Shown: one piece after another, positions 41,711-51,193 of the stretch
Numbering within the stretch: the first letter of the stretch is position 1
Layout of the letters: the number at the start of each line of letters is the position of its first letter
From: Veleropilina oligotropha
Taxonomy: Eukaryota
DNA length: 51,193 nucleotides
Assembly (NCBI GenBank): GCA_048128005.1
Contig: JBEUKZ010000046.1
Span: 186,001 to 237,193, forward strand
Direction of reading: 5' to 3'
The notes under the pieces: generated by a model
The model's input: only the letters and a program-made list of their open reading frames with translations
What the model was told of the DNA's origin: nothing
The model's database searches: none
Translations under genes and position numbers: made by a program

Positions 41711-42493
41711 CAGGGGCGGATCGAGGATTTTGAAAAAGGGGGTCCAACTTTCATCAAATATACTATGAACTGCCCACGCGAAAGAAAATTTTGACAATCA
41801 ACAGCCTGAATTTAAACCTCTCCTGCACTCGGAAAGGGCAAAAGCGATATTTTTTACCAACATTTTTTAACCATTTTCACTAAAATGTACGAGTAATTTT
41901 TTAAAAAAATTAACAATCTAACACATGCATTTCTGCTTTCAAACGTGGGGTCCAGACCGCCTGTATCCCCAGAAAAGGTGTGAAACTCGCCCCCTCCTGC
42001 ATTTTTACACTAATTTGCTAAACTGTATAAAGAAATTTTTCTTTTTTTCACAATCAAAAACAAGCATTTTTTATTTCCTAGAGGGGTGGGGGTGTGGACC
42101 GCCCAGACCCCCAGAAAATTTTGATAATTAACGATGTGAAACCCCCTCTCCTGCATTCTGCCAGTGCAAGTTAACGCGATATTTCTTACAAACATTTATG
42201 AACCGTTTTCATTAAAATGTATTAGTTATTATTTCGGGGTTTTTCGCAATGCATTTCTCATTTTCAAAAGGAGGGGTCGGACCTTCTGATTATCAGAAAA
42301 TTTTGACAATTAACGGTGTACGTGAAAAGCATTCACATGCATTCTGACAGTACAAACACGATGGTTCTTACCAACATCTATGAACAGTTTTCACTAAAAT
42401 GTGTAAGTATTTCTTTCGTTCAAACATGCATTTTGATTTTCAAAAGGGGGGCAGACTCCCTGGACCCCCCCCCCCCCCCTGGATCTGCTAGTG
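41711..42493. mobile_element. CAGGGGCGGATC-type MITE with internal repeats
   Basis: caggggcggatcgagg ... cccctggatctgctagtg; repeated aaaattttga.aattaac units; related fragment at 50690-50830. Confidence 0.55.
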
Positions 42494-43179
42494 TAAACGC
42501 CGACGGGGTGAACGCGGGTCTAACATTGCACCACTCAACTTCTTACAATAATTTATACCGTAACCCCTGTCACACCTACCGCGGCCCACGCTCATGCTGG
42601 CGCTTCCACTGCGAGCGAAAAGGTATGAAAGCGTGAGGACAAGCGTGGTTATACCCCGTTCACACCGGGCTGCGACACTTTGTAACTTTTACAAGTCTCG
42701 GCCGTTCTCTGCTTCGGTCGCCTATTCGACTTTACACCAAACCTCAATTGCAACCCAATCACGATTGTTATTGCAACCTTATTACGATCGCTCTCATTGG
42801 TATCATCGGTCTCAAGCTGATCTCCATGGCATTCGCGACCCTACTGGCGTCTTCAATATCGAGTGTCTAGCGACCAAGTTGAAGCTCCATCGCAACCACC
42901 AGAGACCACGATCGAGAGATCGACCTGCTATCGCATTGAGGTTCATGTAGGACCCCGATGCGACCATTGGCGATCGTTACGACCGCATGCGATTGTTATT
43001 GCAACCTTATTGCAACTACTAGGAGCATTTTTGAGAGTCCATTGCAACTTGCGCAACCTGCTGCAGACTTAATTTGCGCACTTATGAGACTTTGGCGATC
43101 AGACCGTCAAAATCATGTCGAAAACGTATAAAATGCATGCATCCGTTGGCGATCATACCAGTTTTCCATATGCCACACT

Positions 43180-44562
43180 ATGGACCGTGACATGGAAGAT
43201 GTACTTTTGGCAGTTGTGCTCCAGAACGAAGCCCAGATCCAGCATCAGGCTACCATCCAACACATCTTGGCCCTCAGGAGGGAGATGCAGAGAAGAAGAA
43301 TAATAAGAAGAAGGCGTCGCTGACAGGTGTGGGTCCGAAGCTGGCTGACTGAGGAGGAGAGGCATGAACACAGTCACTATACTACCACCTCGTCCAGAAG
43401 CAGTAGAATGAAGAGCCCAATATCTTCCGAAAATACATGAGGATTCCTGGAGACCTCTTCGATGAGATCCTTGAACGGGTGAGGCCCCACATCACAGGAG
43501 AAGGCACCAACTACCGACCCTCCTTGGACCCATGGCTGAAACTGGCACTCACCTTGAGACATCTGGCCACTGGTGACCAGTATCCAAGCATGGCTTACAG
43601 CTACAGAGTCAGCAAGTCAGCAATTCATCAGATTGTGCCACAAGTGTGCAAGAACATCATCAATGCCTACAAGGATGAAGTCTTCAAGACACCAACAACA
43701 CCTGCAGATTGGACGGAGGTAGCCGCAGAATTCAACAGGAGGTGGCAGGTGCCTCATGCCATCGGTGCTCTTGGTGGAAAACACGTCAAGATCCGTCAAC
43801 CAAAGCAGTCTGGGAGCGAATATTGGTGTGTCTACAAGCATTGCTACTCCATTGTCCTTATGTCTCTTGTCGATCACGATTACAAATTCATGTGGGTCGA
43901 CACTGGTGGTCTTGGTCATCAATCAGATGCTCAAATATTTAATGCATCTGAGCTGAAGGAGCGCTTGGAGAACGGCACACTTGGCGTTCCACCGCATGAA
44001 CCTCTGGAACCTGTGGCAGAAGAAGATGGTCAAGATGGGCAACCAAGGAGGCTGCCATACTTCATCCTTGGCGATGACGCTTTTGCCTTGAGATCATTTC
44101 TCATGAAACCATGGGCCAAGAGAAACATGACCAAGGAAGAACTGATCTATACCTATCGCATCTCCAGAGGCAGGCGCGTTGTGGAGAATGCTTTCGACAT
44201 TATGGCAAACAGGTAGCGGTGTTTGATGACTGTTATACCAGGATCCTGCGGTTGTCCAGATCATCATCGAGTGCTGTGTAGTGCTCCATAATCTCCTGCG
44301 GCTACGACACCCTGGTATTCCTAATGCAGAAGTGGATCATGACGATGGCAATCATAACATCATTCCTGGAGCATGGAGGCAGGTTATCAACCTGGATGAT
44401 GGCAATACGCCACCTGAACCACCCAACCGTGACACCATTGCTGCCAAGCACCAACGGCTGTATCTACAGGAGTACTTCAATGCAGAGGGAAGAGGAGCAG
44501 TTCCATGGCAAGATAACATGATCACCCTGAGACCCAGGCAGCGAGATGACCGAACTACATGA
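43180..44562 (+). pseudogene. Harbinger DDE transposase (HARBI1-like), disrupted
   Basis: WVRSWL, YMRIP..FDEIL, LRHLATG, GALGGKH (first catalytic D replaced by G), GDDAF, RVVENAF, LHNLLR; internal stops and frameshifts. Confidence 0.9.
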
Positions 44563-44894
44563 TTTTATATGATAAATTAATTAATAACTTGATGTCAATG
44601 ATGAAAATATTGTGTTACTGCTGTCTTTATAACAAATAAATTTATAGTATGAAATTTTGTGATGTTGTAAGATTCTACTTTCAATAAAGATTTTGGTTAA
44701 GTGTTCAATAAAACTTTAGCTTTGTAACTATTGATTAACTAGTAACTCTTTCAATCACAACACACCTTACAATTACAACAGCAGAAACTTTATTATAAAC
44801 TAGCGTACAACACAATACAACAACTACAACACAACAGCTACAAGTTACTCGTCGTCCTCCTCATGTGATCTGCGAATGTCTCTCAGCAGATAAC

Positions 44895-46251
44895 TCATGT
44901 CTCTTGCCGCTTTGTCGGCGTCGGAGATATCCGCATCATCCCTGTTAGGCTGTGTTCAGAGACTGCAGATCTGGGGTCGCGCCTGTGAGAGGTGGAAACT
45001 GCGGTAATTGAAGGAGAGGTCTGGCAGGCAGAGTCGACTAGGTGTGCTGTGTGGACTGGGTGGTCGGAACTGGTCCTGGTTCCACGTCTGCTGCTGCTGA
45101 GGAAACTGTTGCCAGTTCTGCTGCTGCTGGGTCTGTGAAGGCCACTGGCTGTTGGCTGGCTGACAGCCCTGAGCCTGCCAAGCCGCTGATGGTGCTGCAT
45201 ATTGCTGTGGCGGCTGCTGATGTTGCTGCTAGTGTTGCTGACGGGCCTACCTGCGTTTGTCAGGCCTGCGGTGTTTGGTGACAGTGTAGATTTTCTCCCG
45301 GCAGTCGTTCTGCTGGTCAACTGTCATGGACAGGAGTGCCTCGTACACCCAGTCAGCAAACGTTCGGAGCTCCTGGTTACCATGACGTGCCTGCAGGAGT
45401 GCCTGGGTGAGCTGCATCAGCGCGTCAGCCCGTTCTGCACTTCTCTTAGCAGACCCAGCCAGTGTCGCAATCACGTCATCTTCACGATCGTGCCTGCTTG
45501 AGGGGGTGGTGCTCTTGTGGCGCGTTGTTTCGGATAATGACTGCCTGGAGGACCCTGGCCTGGCCTGGTCTGGCCTGGACTCTTCCTCCTGTGGGCCGGC
45601 AGCAGTTTCCTGGGATCCAGCGCTAGCTGCGTTTTCGTGAGAATGGGAAGCAGGCTGGGAATCCTAGATCTGGTCATCCAGTGGACGCAGCTCCGGTCGG
45701 ACGACCTTGTGGCGGATGTGCTGCACGATGAATTGCATCTTGACCCACACCCACTGTTGCCTGTAAGTACAATATAATGTATTAAACAAATTACGAGTGC
45801 ACAGAGAACAAAATGGTAAACAATTCTACTATGCACAATTGTTGATGAAATTTTGATTGTTTGCCACCGGAAGATTCAGTGTCTCGGACAGTTCATTCCA
45901 GGCCGCCTGCTTGAGGTGCTTCTGCCTGAAGGCCCCTTTCTTCATGTCGTAGATGGCCTCGTTGCCCTTCAGGAACCCTATCACAGTCTCCTCGTGATCG
46001 GGGATGAGGTGGACACTGCGTTTGTCAGGCCTGCGGTGTTTGGTAGGAGGCTGGCTGTCATCATCGTCTTTCACCTCTGCATCATTCACGTCGTCAGCTG
46101 CCGCAACCTGAGGTGAGGGGTTACGCTGGGCTTCGTCCTGCTGAGGCTCTTCAGGCTGCCTGGATTTTCCATTCACCTTGCCCATTCCTCCCTTCTTGGC
46201 ACCACGACGTTGATAATATCGAAGCGATCGTATACTTGTAGAGAGCGCCAC
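44895..46251 (-). pseudogene. Harbinger ORF2, Myb/SANT-MADF DNA-binding protein, fragmented
   Basis: EETVIGFLKGNEAIYDMKKGAFRQKHLKQAAWNELSETL (MADF-like); convergent with the transposase. Confidence 0.7.
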
Positions 46252-47281
46252 GGTCTAGGCGAGTGATTCAGAGGGCCCCGCTGATGTGTTTATATTGCCA
46301 CTGATCGATCGTTACTGCGTCTCCACAGCTCTCAAGAAGACTCACCACAGGTCACAATGTGGCCGCAATGCGCTCCTACTAGTTTCGCGTGCCGTCTCAG
46401 CGCGATGGTCAATTTGGTCGCATACATATGCGGTTGCAATAGGCTCGCAGTTAGCTCTCTGTGAAACATTCGTCAAAGTTACGCGATCAGACGCTACCGC
46501 ATGCCGAGCGACTTGGGAGTCTATTACGACCTGTGAGACCCATTGGAGAGTGACTTGAAACTTGTGAGACAGATTATGATACCTCTTGCGATGGTCACTG
46601 GTCGCAAGACTTTTGCGAGTGTTTTGAACCATTCCATACACTCGCAAACCCCTAGGCGACCGAGGAAGAGTGAGGGAGATCAAGAGAGACGGCTTGGGAG
46701 ACTATCAATATCACATGGACACCACCTTGCAACCTAAGGGCGATTCCCTGCGACCAATGGCGAGAGTACGCCCAAAATCGGTCTTCAAGCGGTCGCAAGC
46801 CCGGTGTAAACGGAGCATAAGATCTCTGAGAGCGATTTGGTGACGCAGTGGAAGCTGTCAAGGACGGGAGACGATCGCCATGAGGTTCATTGAGCGCCAA
46901 CCCTCTGGGTTTGAGTACAGAGGTTCGGCGCTCTGATGAGAGCGGTGTAAGGACGCAGAGCATTCGTCATGGCAACGCAAAGCGAACTACATGAGCCTAT
47001 CGTGGGCGTAGCAGCAACACATAGATGCGACTTGGGGTCGCATAAATCGTTCACTGCGACTACTGTACCTGATTGGGCTCTCAATACGAGACTCTCCTGT
47101 TCTTAGTGCGCCGTTGCAGCGCTGCCACTGAGACTATGACGATCTTAATGCGTGTTCAGACGTATGCAATAGGGTCACAGTGCGTTCTTATTACGATCCC
47201 ACTTCCACACACTGCCACGCACAAATTTTGGTGTAAATACAGCTTAAAATCATCCTGTACACAATCAGTGTGCTTCTGACC

Positions 47282-49790
47282 ATGGCCGAACACAGGCAGC
47301 ATGTGTTACTTCGACTGCAGTTAGCCCATATGCAGGCACAAGATTAAATAGATAAATATAATTTGTTTGGGTTTAGAAAGCGCATTAATTACTGTCACTC
47401 ATATAAAGCGATATAAAAACCCATTGAAGTTGTCTTGTCCTCTATAACCTGCCCTGCTTCTTAAAATGCTCATCTAGGCGATATTTAAATTGGTTTACAC
47501 ATGTTTTTTCTAACGTCAAGTCGGAATGGTTTTTGGTAAATCTTGTATTGATGCCCCCTGCATGGTATGTCTTTGCTTCGTCTGAAAAAAGAAACTATAT
47601 TGTCAACGTTGTATTTTCCTGTAAACATTTTAAACACCTAAATCATTTATCACCTCTTATCCTTCTCAAATATATTGTTGTGAGGTTCAGTGCTCTTATA
47701 GTCTGTCCTCATATGGTATTTCCCTTAATTCTCCTATTAGTTTTGTGGCTCTTCTTTGAACTTGTTCTAGAATATTGATATCCTTTGCAAGATATGGACA
47801 GCATGCTTTCACTGCATATTCTAAATGCGGTCTAGGCTTGTATAGGCGAGTTATGATGGCTTTAGATTTAAAATTAAAGTTTCTCTTTATCATTTCCAAT
47901 ATTTGATTTTCCTTTTTGACTGACTCTGCACGTTGATTTGATGGTTGAATGTCTTGTCTACCCATACACCCAAATATTTTTCTTGGCCACTTCTTGTAAA
48001 GTTTCTGAACCCATTTCATAATTATAGCTATTGTTGTTATAACCCACATGCATTACTTTACATTTATTGATGTTGAAAAGCATTTGCCCGTCCTCAGACC
48101 ATTTACCCCATTATTTAAGTCACTTTGAAGATTCTTTGCATCTTCTTCAGTTTCGATAATTCTGTACAGTTTGGTATCGTCTGCAAACTTTTTTACTAAA
48201 GATGTAACGACGTTATCAATATCATATAAATATATGAAAAACAACAATGGTCCCAAAACAGAACCTTGTGGGACTCCACTTAGTACCGGTTCCCACTTTG
48301 ACTTTATCCCATTTATTACAACCCTCTGTTTTTTTCTATTTTCTAGCCACTTACATATCCAATTTAGTATTGGGCCTTTAATGCCATGGTTACTTATTTT
48401 TTGTAATGGTCGTCTAATGCCATGGTTACTTATTTTTTGTAATGGTCGTCTATGTGGTACTTTATCGAAAATCAATATATATAATATCAACTGGTTTTCC
48501 CGTGTCAATTGCACTTGTTACATCTTCAAAAAAATTCAATAAGTTTGTTAAACAAGATCTTTTCTCCATAAACCCATGCTGACTAAGGTTGAGAAGGCCA
48601 AATTTATTTATGTGTTTTAAGATAGCATCCTTTAAGATAGATTCCATTATTTTGCCTACTATTGATGTCAGCCTGACAGGTCGGTAATTTTGGGTATTTG
48701 ATCGACTACCCTTTTTAAAGATTGGGGTAATATTTCCAGTTTTCCAGTCATCAGGCAAGCTGCCTTCTTGTAGAGTTTTATTGAATATCAGGGCTAATGG
48801 CTTTGCTAATTCATCCTTACCGTATTTTAGCAATTTGGGATATATATATGTTGTCAGGACCTGAAGCTTAACTGACATTTAGTAAGCTTATCTTTTTTTC
48901 AACCATTTCCTTAGTAATTTCAATACTTTCACAAAATTTTCATGATCTTCATAAATATGTTTTACCGGTGGAATGTTTACCGTGTCCACAAGCGTATAAA
49001 CAGATGCAAAATATTTGTTTAGGGATTCTGAAATTTGTGCATCATCTGATATAACGTTTCCATGTTCATCGTTCAGGGGACCTACGACATCTTTTTTTTT
49101 TTTTTTTTGACCAGGCCCCATTCTACTTCACGAGAATGAGGAGGAGGAAGAGGAGGGCAAGAAGGGAGAGGAGATGCTGGGTCCCACCATGGTTAGATGT
49201 GGGGAGAAAGTCCAGTTCGGCCACTATCACCGCCTAATGCCCGAGCTACGACACGAAGAACCTGCACCCCTCTTTAACTTTATGAGAGTACAACCAGCAA
49301 TGTTTGATAAGGTTCTTGCAAGACTTGGCCCAAGGTGCACCAAAAAGACACCATGTATAGGAAGGCTATCGAATCTTTGCGCCACCTAGCATGCGGTGAC
49401 AACTGACAAGTACCCCAGTATGAAGTTTGACTTCAGAGTTCCCCATAACACCATGTCTGTCCTAATACGAGAAGGCTGCCAGGCCATCGTAGATGACTAC
49501 AAGGAGGAAGTCATCAGCTGTCCAGTCTCCCCTAACGAATGGCGTATTATTGCTGAAATATTTGCACATAGATGGAACGTTCCTCATGCCTGTGGAGCTC
49601 TTGATGGGAAATATGTTGTCGGCAGAAAGCCACCGAACAGTGGAAGCCTTTATCACAACGTTGGCAGATACTCCTAACCACCTGTGTCTGTCTCCATAAC
49701 GTGATGAGACTGCGTTATCCTGCACTTCTGAATGCTGCAATGGATGGTGAGCATCTCAACCATCAACTGGTCCCAGGTGCTTGGAGGGCT
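47282..49790 (+). pseudogene. Outer Harbinger transposase, split by the LINE and internally deleted
   Basis: MAEHRQHVLLRLQLAHMQAQD at 47282 resumes near 49121 as RMRRRKRRARRERRCWVPPWL..FGHYHRLMPELR..FNFMRV..WNVPHACGALDGKYV. Confidence 0.75.
47345..49120 (-). mobile_element. 5'-truncated, degenerate CR1-clade LINE (RT region)
   Basis: WKTGNITPIFKKG..NYRPV.LTS, QHGF..RSCLTNL, FDKVPH, GVPQGSVLGPLLF, FADDTK, RPHLEY; several frameshifts. Confidence 0.9.
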
Positions 49791-49829
49791 GATATATCAT
49801 ATATCATCGCGCTCAGTCAGCTCCGTCGC

Positions 49830-50291
49830 TCATTGACCAGACTTATTCTTCAGAAGACGGCCGTACCTCGTCCTGAGAGGCCTGTACCAAATTTGCCATG
49901 TCTCGCTGGTCTTCCCCATCTCTGCTGCCTTGTCATCCCAGAGCTTATCCTTCTTTTGCTTGTGTTTATAGCTGTTCACTTTCTTGTTATACAGACATTC
50001 ATTTTCTTGTATCCACTCAGCCATTGCTTCCTCTTCTGCCAGAGTGAGGTCCGTGGTCTTTTTGGCCTTCTTGGCTTTGGAAAGGAGGGCTGGTCTGGAA
50101 TCTGTAGATGATGACTCAGCTGCGTTACTCCCCTGTGGACGACCTTGCATGCACATGAGGACTGTCAGCAGGCTTAGACGGGGGATGACTAGGCGACAGC
50201 GGAGGCTGTGATGACCCCTGCCTCGTCCTCTGGATACTGGGATCTTCTCTCTGACAGCACACTTCCTGTTTGCTCTGGGCATAGTGCACAC
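49830..50291 (-). pseudogene. Outer Harbinger MADF-like ORF2 fragment
   Basis: EEEAMAEWIQENECLYNKKVNSYKHKQKKDKLWDDKAAEMG..WYRPLRTRYGRL. Confidence 0.8.
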
Positions 50292-50969
50292 ACAACGGCT
50301 GAAAGTTTAAAGTATACTGATCAGATCGCAGGAGTCTCTGTACACGCCGCGCACGCCGTGAGTGAGTTGCAAACGTTTTGAGAGCGTAGTCAGAGCGCGC
50401 AAAGCGCAGTGAGAGCGCATTGAGAGAGCACTTAGCGCAGTGGGGGCGCTAATAAGTGAGTCAAGAGCAAGCTACTGTTACTTACATAGATTGATGGATT
50501 TCACAATTTTCCGCGATGTCACTGCGTTTTGGTGATAAATTTCACTGTGACAGTTCCAGAGCGCACAACGGTCGTCGAATGATCGCGGGTATGTGTGACA
50601 GGGGTATAACAGTGGTACCGGTATTGCACTTATAATTTTGGTACCGATGGTTTCTGTTTTAACTGCATGACCAACCATCAGGTGTGGGTGCAGGATTTTG
50701 AAAATGTGGGCCAGGGAAAATATACTACTTTTACAATTAACGGCGTGAAACCGCCTCTCTTGCATTTTGACCGTGAGAATGCGATATTTCTTACCTTCAT
50801 TTATGAACAATTTTCACAAAGGGGGTCGTGGAACGTTCAAACCTCCGATATAGGCCCTAGCCATAATATTTGTGTGTATACCTTTTCGAATATGATCCTA
50901 TGCTCGTGAACCCGATAATGACTGGATAACTGATTTAGCAGGAAGGATATGATAGGATCGATGCCTTAA

Positions 50970-51152
50970 TGTCGCCCGAGGAAACAAAGTCTCTGACCAG
51001 TTACGGACAACTGTGATTCATAACTTGAACAGATGTGTGTTGTCCCTGCCGAGGTTTGAACCCACTACTAACGACTACTGTTCGAATCAGCGGAATCAAG
51101 CCAGTGAGTTTTCGGAGTCCACAACCGAAATCACACAGCTGTCGAAGCGGCC
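50970..51152 (-). mobile_element. SINE copy (family of 9990-10217)
   Basis: tgaccagttacggacaactgtgattcataacttgaaca ... caagccagtga ... gaagcggcc. Confidence 0.6.
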
Positions 51153-51154
51153 TT

Positions 51155-51157
<3 letters not shown>

Positions 51158-51193
<36 letters not shown>
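51158..51193. repeat. (TA)n microsatellite
   Basis: Pure TA run to the window end. Confidence 0.95.

Larger units (their letters stand above)
42652..46817 (+). mobile_element. PIF/Harbinger transposon (inner, 4166 bp)
   Basis: TIRs taccccgttcacaccgggctgcgac / gtcgcaagcccggtgtaaacggagca; TTA/TAA flanks; convergent transposase and Myb/SANT-MADF genes. Confidence 0.88.
42562..50606 (+). mobile_element. Degenerate PIF/Harbinger transposon (outer), interrupted by a second Harbinger and a CR1 LINE
   Basis: TIRs acccctgtcacacctacc / ggtatgtgtgacaggggt; transposase remnants on + and a MADF-like ORF on -. Confidence 0.75.

Noticed and set aside
43437..44216. Domesticated HARBI1 host gene
   Set aside because: Stops, frameshifts, lost catalytic Asp, and flanking TIRs with a MADF partner indicate a dead transposon.

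Overview
Eukaryotic, AT-rich, repeat-dense DNA, probably from a marine invertebrate (lophotrochozoan-like repeat families; this is inference). One host gene is recognisable: a NudE/NDE1-family gene on the minus strand. Its first coding exon (ATG at 26916; too short for the ORF track) and second coding exon (5259-5412) are separated by a 21.4 kb intron. Three nearly identical, ORF-intact DIRS1-type tyrosine-recombinase retrotransposons (about 7.45 kb; Gag, RT-RNaseH-MT, YR, ITRs, ICR) dominate the window, all co-oriented with NDE1. Two are nested one inside the other within that intron; the third lies 1.9 kb upstream of the ATG exon and carries a Helitron. The most striking signal is the DIRS gag end, CCC-TAG-G. 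The YR frame continues in frame after this single amber codon, and the RT frame, which has no usable ATG, is reached by a +1 slip at the same codon. This suggests a three-way recoding switch. Also present: an inverted pair of Penelope-like repeats with hammerhead-like motifs, a minisatellite built from the NDE1 exon/intron junction, nested degenerate PIF/Harbinger elements interrupted by a CR1 LINE, and many Helitron/HINE, MITE and SINE insertions.
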